This document shows positions 12,902 through 27,098 of a stretch of 64,000 nt of DNA, one piece after another. Position 1 is the first letter of the stretch. Each line of letters opens with the position of its first letter. A program made the translations under genes and the position numbers. The DNA is from Rhizophagus irregularis. Lineage: Eukaryota. The DNA is taken from contig NC_089429.1 in NCBI RefSeq assembly GCF_026210795.1, forward strand, positions 2,294,001-2,358,000, read 5' to 3'. Under the pieces are notes generated by a model. The model ran no database searches. It was not told the origin of the DNA and saw only the letters and a list, made by a program, of their open reading frames with translations.

Positions 12902-14665
12902 CTAGGCGTAACCCGTCGCTTTGCGCCGGGGATGATACTTGCCCATCGAGTAAGAGAGTAATAATAACACACTTATATATTGTTACCATATCTCAAAAAA
13001 ATTCATTATAGCAATCTATTGTTATAGAAAAAAAATATCTATATGAAAAAAAAATTCCCAGAAAAATTAATAAAAATTCCCCATAAAAATTAATAAAAAG
13101 TAAATAAATAAGTAATTACGTTAGTCTATTATTGAGCTTGATACAACCTAAAAAATATTATTATGGCAATTGCCGTGGCGCCGCAACATCGATCCGATCA
13201 CCGATCCAAACCTAAATGGCGAAAGAATGTATTCGGGAAAAAAATTCGGTTTGAAAAAAAAAGCCAAACCGAAGAAGGAAAAGGAGAAAAAATTTTTTTG
13301 GATTGAAAAAAAAGCCAACGGAAAAAAAAATAAAAAAAAATTCAAAAATATAAAAACGAAAAAAAATTTGGGGTGGAGGGACAAAGAGAAAAATCGGGTT
13401 GAAAAAAGAAACCGAAAAGGAAAAAGAAAGAAAAAATAAAAAAAATTCGAAAGAAAAAGAAAAAAAAATTGGGATTAAAAGAAAAAGGATAAAGAAAGAA
13501 ATCGGGTTAAAAAAGGTAAATTTTCGAAAGAAAAGAAATCCGAAAAAAAAAATAAGCACCGAAAAAAATTCCGAAAAAAAAGGACAATAATTCGGTCCAA
13601 AAAAAAAAAAGAAAAATTTTTAAAAAGGAAAAAGGTGTTTCGAAAGAGAAGAGGAAATTTGAAAAAAAGGAAAGAAACGAAAGTAAAAGATCGGTTCAAG
13701 AAAAAAAACAAAAATTAAAAAAGGGGGAGCCGAAAAAATTTAGATCAGTTGGAAAAAAAAAATAATAAAAATTTCATTAACCGGAATTAGATTAATGACA
13801 GCGGTCTTAATTAATTTATACTAAACGTTAGTCACACAAACACCATTTTTTTTTAATTATATTGAATTATGAATAAAAAAATGGTAATTAATAATTGTTT
13901 TACTATATAATAAAAATTTAAAAATTATTCGGAGATGCATGTGCATGTGATTTCGATGGTTAACTAATTTGATGATTAATTATTAAATCACAATTCGAGG
14001 TTTACTTTTAATTTTTTTTCTGCTTCTTTGTAGTTTATGTTTGTCCTTATGTATCGTTAGGCTCCAGTCGTGTCTATATGTTTAAAATAAAATAAAATAA
14101 AATAAAAACAATTCGAGGTTCATCACAATTGCGTAATTCACAAGGGCTGACTACCATAATTATACCAATGAGCAAAATTTTCCGTTGTTTATAGCCATTC
14201 CAAAGCTAATAAAAGTGAAAAAAAGCAATGAATGATTTCTAATGAACAAAAAAAACACGAATTTTATAATTTTTCTAATAGAACGAAAAAAAAGACTTTT
14301 TTTCTGATTTTCTGATTTCCTAAAGAAGCGAAAAAAAAATTTTTTTTCTCTAATAATGATTTTTTTCTAATTGTCAAATAAAATGAAAAATGTATTTTCT
14401 CTAAGAAAAAATGTATTTTTTCAAATTAAAAAATTTATAATTTTCTAACAAAAAAACGAAAAAAAAAATGTTTTTCTTACAATTTTCTAACAAAACAGTA
14501 AAAAAAAAAATTAAGTTCTAATAAAGAAACGAAAAAAAAACAATTTTTTCTAATTTTCTAATAAAGACGAAAAGTATTTTTTTCTTTTCTAATTCTCTAA
14601 TAAATAAATGAAAAGTATTTTTTTATTTTTTCTAATTTTGTAAATTTTTACAATAAGAAAAATGA
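12902..14665 (-). mobile_element. Non-autonomous Helitron with A-rich internal repeats
   Basis: 3' hairpin cccgtcgc-ttt-gcgccggg plus CTAG|T at 12902; the 3' 60 bp resemble the 8793 element (cttgcccatc). The 5' end A|TCATTTTTCTTATTG at 14665 is tentative. The K-rich and F-rich ORFs at 13148-13711 are repeat artefacts. Confidence 0.6.
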
Positions 14666-14944
14666 TCTCGCAGTCTCGCACCCTTATTCCAAAAAAGGGT
14701 ATTTTGTATGCCGATCATTTAATTCTGACCAGAATTAAATACGTCACGTGATTTAACGGAAAAAGACCCGAAAAAAAAGTCAAATAAGTCAAAAATGACA
14801 TTCAAGGCCATATTTGATGCTTTAAGTAAACTTGCAAAGCAGGGGAAAATACACATAGTAGACATTGTTTAAAAAAGTTTGTATATTAAGAATTTCTTTT
14901 TTCGTTACAGAATGCGAGATTTTAACATCATACGGGGGCGAGAT
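14666..14944. mobile_element. MITE-like element related internally to the 26514 element
   Basis: Inverted repeat tctcgcacccttat / atacgggggcgaga; contains the tttgatgctttaagtaaacttgcaaagcag module. Confidence 0.55.
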
Positions 14945-17900
14945 ATACATTTTCCCTTTTTATAAAATCACTGAAAGAAAGTTCTTTTAAAATATTATTT
15001 TGTTTACTTTTTCGATAAAAAAAATGTCCATTAGTTATTATATATATCAGAATATAAAGAAAGGGCATTCTTTCATTGTAGATAAATCAATGTTTTTAAA
15101 AAGAATATGAACATTTTGCTAATCCTTTACCTTTAACTCTAAATTCGATGATAATAATCATATTTTCTTAATTATAAAGATGAAGTCCTCCGTAAAGACG
15201 CATATTCTAGTAACTAAATAATTATATCGCAATAGATACTATACATTTACTAAACTAAACACAAATATTGAACCTACATAACTAATTTAGTACATTCCGT
15301 AATTAAAAGGCCTTTTCGCTTTGTAATATATATATTTCTCTATACTGTATATATACGTAAAATGTTACCGATCATAGGAGAACTAAATTAAGATTAATAA
15401 TGTAAAATTTCTTTAAGATCATTTGTGTTAATTATACGACAAAAAATCTAAATATTTTATTAATCCAACAACTAATTTTTTTTTCTTTTTGGATACTTTC
15501 CTTTAAATAAATTTACACTAAGAAAATTAATCAATCTTCTTTGATTTATAGAATAAATGTACCGCTCACATGATATTTCTAAACGTGATTGGTTACTTTG
15601 TGTTACACGTAAATTCATCTTCCAACAACTGTTTTTAATAAAGTACTTTTTAAAATTTTTAATAATAATTCCAGAATTCTCTAAAGTAAAGGATAAATTT
15701 AGTAATATAGAACTAAGTTCTTTGACACCAACAAAACAATCATAAAAGGTTGGTTTGATAAAGTAAATATTCTGGATATTAAATTAAATAATTCCAATGA
15801 CTTTCACTTCGCTTAACTTACATACTTATAAATGATAAACCTAACGTTTTCAAGAACTTTGTAATAATTCATTTTTTCGTTATAAATAAAGAAATTATAG
15901 CTGATAGTAATATGAGTAATTTGGCCGAGTAGAGACAAACAGGAACAATAAAACAGGAAAGTGAATATGTACGTGTCAAAATATCCTATTTAAAATAAAG
16001 TACTACTCGATAAATTTGATCTTTTAATGCTTAATTGATGTAAGCATTTTTCAACTGATTCAATGATGACATCATTCATTATTATTATGGGTTAGAAATA
16101 TTAAATTGCACTAACCTTATATTTAAAAAAAAGTATGTAATTATTATGGTTTTTAATAATTAGAGCAGCTATCATACATGGTAATAATTTGGCGCAGTGG
16201 TCACATAATTTATGTTGAATAAATAAGTAAAACTATATTTTAACTTACAAATAAAACTTTGCTCCGTCATTATTCAAAATCTAAAATATTTAATGCATAA
16301 AAATTTATGAAATATACTTAAGATTGATTTACTGGAAATAAAATATATCCATTTATTAATCTTAGTCAATTTACATCAGAATCTTAAAGAAAAATAATTA
16401 TTATAACAATTGATAATGCGAAGGAAAATTTTCATGTTTAGAAAATTCAACTGATATTTTTGAGGGTTCTTTGTGAGCCAATTATTTTATGATACAATAT
16501 GTCATTAAATATTTATAAGTGAAATATGAAAATTCGGGAGAAAATGAATATTTATAATTATTGTATCTAAATTAAATTTAAATTTTGGTATTTAAATGAT
16601 TCAAATGGTTCAAACGTCATCAAAATAAACAACAGTCATTATATTATGAAATGATCCCAATTTTATAACAGATAAGTAAAGTATGTAAAATAATTATTTT
16701 CAATAAAATATTCTAAATAATAACTCTAATTAACCTTGTAGGATTCAATCTAATAAACTTTTCAATAGAAATTCCAAGTATTTATTTAGAATATATTATT
16801 TATTTGATACCGTTTATATGTGTGTTTAATGAACGATAATTTTAGTAGCAAGGTTAATGTTTTTGGCGAAACCAAAAATCCAAATTCAAACCGTTTCTTC
16901 TTTCATGTGGTAAAATCCGAGCTTTACGATAATCGCGAAAGCCTCTTGGATCATGTGATACAATAAAAATTGACCAATTGAATCAAGGCTATAAAGTCAC
17001 GAAACGCTGTTCATTTTCTAGTCCATCAGTAAAAAAAAATTTTTAGAAAACATTGTATTTGGATTAATGTTCCAAATATGTCCCATTTGAGAAATAACTT
17101 TATTAGATGTCTCCTGGTAAGAAGTGAAACATGTTAATGCTCAAAAAGTCTTATTACTTTTATCTAGTTAAACGTGCAGATCATAACCTACTATCCTAAA
17201 AAATTTTATTTTATTTCGAAAGACTAGTATAAATAAATAATAAACTATTATATAACTATTTTATTTAGTTGATAATAAGTTTTGACTGGTTTCATCAATT
17301 TCGATAAGTTTCATCAGTATCAGCATGTGTCAAAAATTTCGGAATTTCAGAAATTTAAGAATTTGTCATACAGTGGGTTTGCCAAGTTTCGGAATCGACC
17401 CTCTCATATCTCGCCTATATATTAAGCAGAGTTCATTGAAAACGGGCCTTTCTCATATTTCATAGTCCCGTAATGGAATTCATAATTTATTAGCAACTGA
17501 AATTATACTTGATGAAAATGTTGGTAAATCAAAAAAATTTTTGATCATGTCATATTATTAGCGAGAAATGAAAAAATAGAAAGCTAAAATTACACTGAAA
17601 TGTGCAAATTTATCCACTTTTCAGACTCGTTAATCACACAATAATGACGTAGTTTTAAAATGATTCATTTATTACGCCTGCGAGCAGATTTGTGTTAACA
17701 CACACTTTTTAGATTATAGCGCAGCAAGTAGCAAATGCCAATATTGGTACATTATAAATTATCTAATTGATCCATTTTAATATGTAAACTTCGACATGAT
17801 TCAAATAACTTTAAAAAGTATCTACTAAAAAGTGAACAAAGAACGGACTACGATTTGTTCTTCAATGCAAACTTAATTTGATTCACGTCTCATCATACCA

Positions 17901-19565
17901 GCCTTAGGAGAAATTTCATGCAGTGGTGAATATTTAATTGCAATCCGTCGATAGTCACCGTAAATTAGACCGCAGGCGATAACATTATCTAAAAAAACCA
18001 AATATTAATTTCAAATATCAAATGTCGATTTTTAATATTCTAAAAAAAATCGTATTATTACTATTTTATTTCTTTATTAACCGATCAGAATATTTTATTC
18101 GCTTATAGTAGTAGTACTGGAATTACAAATATTCATAACTAAGCTCGGAGCGAGCGAGAAAATATTTGTTTAGATATTAATTAATCCAGGTTTTAGGTTA
18201 AAGATTCTGAACTTCTTTAATTTTATTTTTATGAAATGTTTATCTGAGAGCATTAATTGTTTCTTCCTTGTTTTAAATTCATTTTTTTTTCGATCTCTCA
18301 ATTTTAATAACCACACCAAATTATTACTTAAATTTCTTCCAACAACAAGACATTAAATACCAGTCATTATTCATAGCTTCTGGCTTATAGATGATATAAC
18401 AACAGTTGAACTCTAAGCTATAATCTTTGTGTTTCTATAAATTCTAGATGACAATTAAGAATTAATTATGAAAAGTTACTTTGGCTTCATTACAAAATAG
18501 TGTATGTACTGCGGATTATAACTGAATTTGTAAATTTCTTATAATATTTATGTGCTGATTTTGACTTTATTTAAATTTAAAATTAAAAATAATTCTTAAA
18601 AATATCATGTAAAATTGATATAAATATAACAAAAAATTAATAGCCAATTTTATATACAGTAGTAACTATCAATGTTAAATTTTTCGTGATAAATATAAAT
18701 TTAATAAGCTCAATTATTTTCAGTAACATTCATCATCCGAATTATCAATTTTAGTATATTTTCTTATTTTTATTACACCACTAAAAGATTTGTTGTTTGA
18801 TTTAAATATAAAAAAGAAAAAGTCCAAATGTAAGACAATAGAAAATATATTACATTATATACTGTACATTTCGTACAGTTCGATACTTAGCATGTCGACC
18901 CACCTCGACCACCCGCCAAGCAAGATGCATCCATATAGTATTTTTCTTTTTGGGATAGTGATTTTAAACTATCTTTAAGTTAGTTAAAAGAAATAACTAA
19001 AACAATTGTAATTTATTATGTTTTTTTAAAAAAATTTAAAACTTTTTTTCGTCATAAAATTAACCAAAAAATAATCATGAGATTTTTTTCTTCAATAAAC
19101 AATTACTTTGCATAATCTTTATTAACTAAATTAGGTAATTAAAAAAGTATATTATTCTTAAACTAAACTAAAAAAAGATAGTATGAGTTCTTTTTCTTAA
19201 AAAAAAAATTGTAATCCGATGATTATCAGTTACCTAATTTACTGAACTATATACTACTTTTAATTATGGTAAAATTATGACACTACAATAGTACTTAAAA
19301 ATAATTTAGTACATCAAAATGATTACTAGGATGGACAAAATTGTCCAACTAAACTTGTATATTTGACAATTTGGCCATTCAGTAAATTGTATATAAATGA
19401 ATATATAACAAAAGTTATTGTGTGAATTTTATTTGTTATCAATAATTATAGGTAAATACAAATATTACAGAGCGCAAAATGAGGTACTAGTAATATATTC
19501 TCTTTTATTTCGTTACTTCCTGCTGATATAAAATTAATAAGCTTAATTATATTCAACAATATTCA

Positions 19566-21981
19566 TCATCTTGAATTATCAACTTTAGTATATTTTCCTA
19601 TTTTAGTTAAAAAAAAATGTTATAAATTGTTGTATGAAAACTATAGATACTATTTATTATGTGCGTAAATAAAAATTTACTTACTATTTTCTTGAGTTTC
19701 ATTCGTTTCATTGTTTAATTCCTCAAAATTACGCTTTCTTGAAAATTTTACGGGTACAGTTAAGCTTTGAGTAACGGAATTTGTATTCTGTGTGGATGAT
19801 CTGAAAACGTACGATATATTATTAACAAGTTACATATATTTATATATTAATAATTAATTACCTTTGAATATTATTTATATCAAATTCATATTCTCGTGTG
19901 ATATATTCTAAAAATTAATAAAAGCCATCTAAGTTGATATAAAACTTAAAGAAGTAAATTCAATTATCATTATCTGATCGTCTAACTTAATGCTTCAGAT
20001 TTTTTCATTAATGGCTAATTATAACTTCATACCTTGTTTAACATTATATGAGATCATTGAAGAAGAATTTATAGTTGAAGCTTTTGAAATTAAAGAACTT
20101 AATGCTCTACTTGTATAAATTGCTTTTGGATGAGATTTTTCACTAAATTCGGGTCCAAGTTGCTTTAATTGTATTAATTCCAATCTTTTTTTTTCAGCTT
20201 GCTCAAGTATTTCGTTTCCATACATTTTGATAAAAGAATCCCTGATTTCATATCTAGTTGGTCTTTTTAAAGGGTCAGAATCCCAACATTTTTTCATTAA
20301 ATTTGCAAAACATTCAGGGGTATCATTTGTAATTTCAGGGCGTTTTCCATCTATAATTTCATAAATAAGTTCAAGATTGTGTTCAATATTTGCAAAAGGT
20401 TTGCAACCTGTTGTAACTTCCCACATAATCATACCAAAACTATATATATCAGATTCTTTTGAAAATGCAGCACCTTTAAATATTTCTGGTGCGATGTAAG
20501 GTATTACTCCATATATTTCATTATTTGATAATGTATTGTTTGCAGGTTGTGATAATCCTAAGTCTCCAACTTTCCAATCCGTATTTGACAATAACATATT
20601 TCCACTATGAATATCTCGATGTATAAAATTATTTTTATGAACATTTTCGAGTCTAAAATAAAGCATTTAATTGTTAATAAACCAACTATAAATTAGAAAA
20701 TAGATTAATTCACTAAAAATATACAATAAATACCCAAATAATATTCCTTGTAAAATAAACAATTTGCCGTCCCATCTAAGATTTATAAAGTTCTTTTGCA
20801 AATAATCATGCAAATTTCCACCTTCTGCATAGGGCAATATTAACATATATTCTTTTGTTATAGGATCTTGTGTAATGCCATAACAGTCAATTACCCAATA
20901 ATTTTTACATTGATAAAGTGATCTTAGCTAAAGAATTAATAAGTCAATTAATACAATAAGACATTGCAAGTATATAAAATTTAGTAAATATTACCTCATT
21001 TAGAAAATGTTTACTGATATTTTGTGAATCACGCAATTTTTTTACAGCAACATCAGTTCCCTCCCAAGTCGCTTTATAAATAATACTGAATCCTCCTTCC
21101 GCTATTTTCTTTAAATTCGTAATTTGAGAATATGGAATCCACTCTATTCCTATGATTGGAAGATTATTACGAATAAACGAATGCACCTCAAATGGACTAC
21201 GAATTGTCTTTTTCATATAATTAGCAATAGAATGGAGATTCTTATTGTTAATTCTTGTAGAGGCAAGAAATTCCTCTATAATGTAATTTTCACTTCTGAT
21301 ATCTGTAATATCAATTCTAATGAATGAAATTCTTTTGCATTTCTTACATTGAGATTGATCTGCAATTCCAAGAATTATATTTGTTGTTAAACAATACCTA
21401 CATCCAGTATAAATTATATGGCAATGTAAACACCATTTTTGACAATAAGATTTTGACTCTTGTTGTATATATTTTAGTTCTTGATAACAAACTACACATT
21501 GATTATGACTATCCCACCATGGTAAATATAGAATCGGAATAGACTTTTTAGTCAAAGTTGATTCTACCCATCCAGCAGAAGAAAACTGGTAATCACAATA
21601 ATCAGGAATTAAATTATAACAATAAACTAACGATTTATCTTTTGTGACTACTTGTGTAAAATATAAAATCTCAGAACAATATTCGCACCATTCTTGAATG
21701 TTTGTTGAATAAAAATTATTTCTGGTTGCTTTATGCTTAATGCACTGAGAATTATTTGTACTTATACGTGCGTCCAAGTGTGTATTATTGTCTGTTATAT
21801 ATTGAATATACCAAAATAAACAATTTTTGCAATATTTTTGTCTAAGCTTGAGTGTCTCAGAGTATTCAATTCCACAATAATTACATTTTTCCTCATTATT
21901 TTTAAAAGGAATAAATAAAACAGGTACAGGACTAGATTTTAATTTTGATGTAGGATCAAATGGATTGTTATCTGTATTCAT
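19566..21981 (-). CDS. TKL-group protein kinase with Cys-rich (multi-CxxC) N-terminal domain, about 664 aa, 6 exons
   Basis: Exons 21981-20995, 20927-20734, 20652-20033, 19907-19862, 19800-19685 and 19597-19566 are all GT-AG and phase-consistent. Motifs IAEGGFS, VAVKK, HRDIHSGN, GDLGLS, YIAPE, SDIYSFG, CWDSDPLKRP. Confidence 0.9.
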
Positions 21982-22438
21982 AATGTTGTGTTGTATTTCA
22001 AGAAAATAGTTTATAAAAATTAAATGTAAAAATCATAAAGCAATATTTATGAAGTTACATAACAAAGTGAAATTCTACAGAAGTTTTCTTTAAATATTCT
22101 ATATAGAAATAGTTGTACAGTATATTGAAAATCCGCCATCATGCATAAATTTCAAGCAAGATTTGCTTGCTCAATTTAGAAAGTTTCGCGGCTTAAATTC
22201 TCCGTCAATGAATATTATTTTGTAAACCTGTACTACCAATCTGAAATTATGTGACGATCAATTTGACCTAGAATTTTCTTTTTTTACGATGAAATAATCA
22301 AATAACGATAAAAACTATAAACTTTCTTAATAAACTATAACATGTCGTTTCATCAATTCTTTTTATTATTTAGAATTTGGGCTTTGGAAAGTAATCTTGC
22401 TAATATTTTATACCTTGTGTAATTATGTAATTATAAGC

Positions 22439-22573
22439 CATTGCAGAAACTTGATTTCCTTAATATGCAGTAACTGCGTATTTACTATATTTTCACACTA
22501 TGTAGTTACTGTATGACTACGATGCAGTTGCAATACAGTTACTGCACATTAAGGAAAACAGGTTTCTGTAATG
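22439..22573. mobile_element. Short foldback MITE
   Basis: About 38-bp imperfect inverted arms cattgcagaaacttgatttccttaatatgcagtaactg / cagttactgcacattaaggaaaacaggtttctgtaatg; absent from the matching promoter of the paralog near 30380. Confidence 0.7.
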
Positions 22574-23098
22574 TGAATATATTATCGTATACTTGTAGCC
22601 AAAAACCCCCCTAATTTTGGCCTAGTTTGGTTTAGTATTGGTTTTCAAAAACATTTCCCGAACCTGAATAGGTAAAACGCCAAAATAACCATGAAAATCA
22701 TTCCTTTTTCAGATAATTTTCGATAATGTTGATCAGAATTTTATTACTTATTTTTAGTAGCTGGCTGACATTATCATAATTCCGGCCCTGAAAAAATGCG
22801 TAGAGCTAATAGTAAACTTTTGCTAATTTCCTATGACCTATTTATACCGTATATCGCGGGCATAGTTCCCGGGTATTTGTAAATTTCGGAGATTTGGTCC
22901 TGTCCCCCCTCCTCCATTACGTGAATTTTTACTAGTATTAATAGAGGGTGTTTAAAACTTATAAAATAACTAGGGTATTGTTGCACGTCACACCTAAGAT
23001 ATTCGTTGGATTATTTAAATAATAAAATCAACAAAGAATGTGACTTCTTTTTTGAGGGGTACTATACATGATGGGGGTACTATAGCCCCCTATACACA

Positions 23099-23614
23099 CA
23101 GTGAAATTCGATAAACCGGATCTTCGATAAACCGGATTTGGGCCTAAACCGGACTTTTTTGCTGGAACCAAATCACGTATATTAAAATAGGTTCGATATA
23201 CCGGAGTTTACTAGTAAAAGCTCGATATTCGCTATTACGGATCAATTTCTAACCAGCTATAGTAAAAAATGATTCGATAAACCGAATCACGTGATTATTA
23301 GCCAATAAAATTTAAGTAACGTGATGCGGTAAATCTTAATTTTGGCCGGAATTATAAAAATATTAATTCCGGCTGAAGTTTTGTATTACTTATATATTTA
23401 ATTAAAATATTTTATATTCATTTTCATGACCTCTATGACTTAAAACTAAGATGAAAAATTTAATTATAGTGTATATTAATTTTATTAGCATAAAAATTTT
23501 TTAAAAATTCTGTATAATAGATTTTCAATATATCGAAATTTTTTCGCTAAACCTATCCCGATAAACCGGATATTTTTAGTGGAACCGACAGATCCGGTTT
23601 ATCGAATTTCACTG
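23099..23614. mobile_element. pogo/Tc1-type MITE inside a nest of older MITEs (about 22845-23752)
   Basis: Perfect 25-bp TIR CAGTGAAATTCGATAAACCGGATCT; internal cgataaaccg repeats. Confidence 0.9.
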
Positions 23615-24180
23615 TGTATATAATCACATCATATAAAATTCCCCTTTATAAGCACACCATATTTTGGCCCAATGTACTAATAAATATATTAGAAAAAGTC
23701 ACACCCTTTTTTTCGCCGAGGGGTGCGACTATAAAGGGGGTAGACTGTATAGTCAGATCAAGTAATCAGCTGATCGATCTAAATCTACATCTTAAATCCA
23801 GATTTAACGTAGTATAATCACATACTTCCCTTATTTTCTTTCCTTTTCCTCTCTCACTCTCCTTATTCTCCTATAATAAACACTAATGGTATAATCTATT
23901 AAGGATTTAATTAAATTTTTTAATTAAAAGTTGATCGGTTCTTTAAAGAGGGCATCTTATTAGCAAGATATGGAAATGTTTTGGCTCCAACAGAACGTGA
24001 AGATTTTATTCTGAGGCATTAATAACCAAAGAAGTGGATGATAATAAAATTTAAAATTCACAGTTATAACTTTTTTTTATTATACTGTAGCAAATAAGTA
24101 GTAAATAGTAATTTAAAATTTAGCATTTTAGCGTACTAGTAATAATAATGTAAAAATTTAAATAAGGCTGCTCCAATGAA

Positions 24181-24369
24181 TAGTTCGTTTAACATCAATC
24201 CCCCATTTTTGCCAAAAAATTGGATTTAAACAAACACTTTGAATTAAATATTATTGGTCAATTAGCTTTATTAGTCATATGATTGTTTAAAATTTTTTAT
24301 GCTTAAAATTTTATTATGACCCCCCCCTCAAATTTTCTTGTGCCATTTGCTTGATGTTAAACGAAACTA
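24181..24369. mobile_element. MITE
   Basis: TIR tagtt(t)cgtttaacatcaa at both ends; no clear TSD. Confidence 0.65.
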
Positions 24370-25879
24370 TTTGTCGGCCTAATGATAATTAATTAATAAA
24401 TAATAATATCTGATATAATCATAAAAATAAATGTATGTTATATTTTAGTAACAAAATAAATGAAAAACACATATTAAAAAATTGTTTTGTAAGTTTTGGA
24501 CTTTTCAGCCTATAATAAAGATAGTTTCGGCCTATATAAAGTTTCGGCATTAGTTTCGGACTTGGGTTTCAGACTTTCGGATTCAGCCATATCTTTGGGA
24601 TGTTTCGGCTCAAGTATATATTATCGTAAGTTCGTTGCACGCACGTTCAAAAATAAAAACAATAATGTTATTAAATGTCTATGTTCATTAATTTAATATT
24701 AATTTAATGAATAAAAAAAAGAACACGGATTTTATTGAAAAGTGGTGTTAATATTTCTATTAGCTAATAAATAGAAATGCAAACTTACTACAACGTTAAG
24801 ATCTTACTTTTGAAAAAATGATTGTTACTTGTAGACGCAAACGAACCTTTGTACACGTTTTTTATAAATATTGACTATTGACAATGATTACTATCTTTGG
24901 TATAAAATTTTTATAAGATTGATTATTATACTGTACATAATATTCGTCTTATATCGCTAGATACTATATATCCAATTTTAATTTCAATATCAGATATCTA
25001 ATTAATTATTTCTCAATATTATGTAAAAGTTTTAAACTCGTCTGATGAGTGATTACTGATTACCGATCAATAGAATAACAAAATAAGAAAAATCGTATAA
25101 ACTTAAATATACAGCAACTACTTATTCATGATTGAATAATAATTACATTCCGTCGCTTGTATAGTAAATTCAAAAACTCTAATACATAAAAATAACTTTA
25201 ATATACGGTCGCCATAAAAAAAATATGCCTGAAAAATTTTATTCCGTGTTTTTTTATTCCATGTTATTTCCATAAATTTATCATATTCACGGAATTTACA
25301 GCTTCAAACCATGGAAATTATCAAAGTTTCATAGACTTTTAGTTATTTTTCTGTAAATTTATCATATTCACGCAGAAATTACGGATAAAATTCTTTACAG
25401 TGATAGTTTGAAATCCTCTAATAAATAAATATTTATAAGTTATAACCTTTAAATATTACTATGTATAATTAATTAGTCCGTCCTTCGCATTATAGTTTCT
25501 AGAAAAGGTCCATTATTTCCAATTAATGACATAGAATATATCGGTCAATGCTAAAGTTTGCTGACATATAAACATTAGTTCTTGCAAGCAAATTGTACGC
25601 TTATTGTTGTTATCTCATCATGGCGAATAAAGAATTGATTTGGCTTTTCAGTTTAATAAAAGTTAATTCTACCCGTTAAGAAAAATTTACACAATCTGGA
25701 ATATGTTTCAAATAACCCCTTCTTGTTTTCTTTGGTGGGTAGATTTCCTTATTTTTTTTGTTTTTACAGTAACGAAATGTCTATGATTATGATTTGATTT
25801 TTCTTTTTTTTTTAGACGGTCTGGACTGGTGAGAAATCAACTTAAATACTTAGCCTTAGATATCCTAGTCACCTATTAT

Positions 25880-26155
25880 TAGGGTTGTAAAATTACGGTA
25901 TTTTAAAAATTTTGGCTGTAACTTACAATACAAGTTATGTAAGTTACATGTAACTTACATCGGAAGATTTAGGAAATATAACGGAATAATTCGGAAATAT
26001 TAATGATGAGAAACTATAAATCATATAATAATAATTTGAACCAATAGAAATTAAGAATTTATGTATATATATAATGTAAGTTACGTTAGGCTAATGTAAC
26101 TTACAATGTAATTTACGTGTATTGTAACCTATGTAACGTAACTCTCACAACCCTA
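25880..26155. mobile_element. hAT-type MITE (276 bp)
   Basis: TIR TAGGGTTGT/ACAACCCTA; perfect 8-bp TSD CCTATTAT; subterminal gtaacttaca repeats. Confidence 0.9.
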
Positions 26156-26513
26156 CCTATTATACTTACGGGAAATGTACAATATTTATAATTTGCATTA
26201 GCTGATTATTTCCTTTGTTGTCTGGAGCGAAGCGTAGGACATTAGACTTGTGTGAAAATTGATCAGTCACGTGAGGATTTTGTCACGTCGTCACGTCTGA
26301 TAAGATCAATAACTAGTAAAATTGTGCAATGAGTTGTATAATGAGAATAACACATTTAATTAATAATTTATTGATTAATAAAAAATATAAATTTCGGTTT
26401 GAACTCTTAACGGTTTCCGTTTCCTAGTGTATCTAAAATTGATGTATCAATATTATTTATTACAAAATTGTTAATAAACGTATTTGTTTTATTAAAGGCA
26501 ATTTCTATTTGTA

Positions 26514-26882
26514 CACGGGGTGTTTGAACCCGGGTCATGTGATTATTGCCATTTTGACTAATAGTATAAACTTCAAAATTAGTAGATAAATGGATTTTTG
26601 CCTGCTCTACAAGTTTACCTAAGGCATCAAAGGTGCTTTTGAATGTCAGTTTTGACTTTACTTATGAATAATTGATTTTGCCGATCGCTCTTAAAAAAAT
26701 TTAGGAAATGATCGGCAAAGACAGTTTTTCATATATAAGTCAAAAACGGCATTCAAAACCCCCTTTGATGCCTTAAGTAAACTTGCAGAGCAGTCAAAAA
26801 TACATATATTACATAGAAAAAGTAAAAGGGTGTGACATTGGTGTCATTATATTTCACATGACCCGTGTTCAAACACCCCGTG
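26514..26882. mobile_element. Tc1/mariner-type MITE (369 bp)
   Basis: 29-bp TIR CACGGGGTGTTTGAAC(C/A)CGGGTCATGTGA with TA flanks; second internal inverted repeat at about 26600-26660 and 26737-26795. Confidence 0.9.
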
Positions 26883-27098
26883 TAAACTTTGAAATTTTCT
26901 TTATTAAATTATATCTGACATTTATTAAGATTTTTTTATAAATTTATGGTTTCTTAAGATAGATAGTACTTAAAAATAATTTAGTATATCAAAAACGATT
27001 ACTAGGATGGACAAATAAAAATTGTCCATCTAAACTTGTATATTGGACAATTTGGCCATTCAGTAAATTCAGTTGTCTATAAATGAATATATAAATAA

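Noticed and set aside
13148..13711. Lys-rich and Phe-rich ORFs
   Set aside because: Artefacts of A-rich repeats inside a probable Helitron; open on both strands.
21324..21542. Plus-strand ORF conserved with 29291-29518
   Set aside because: Antisense shadow of the identical tract in the two kinase genes.
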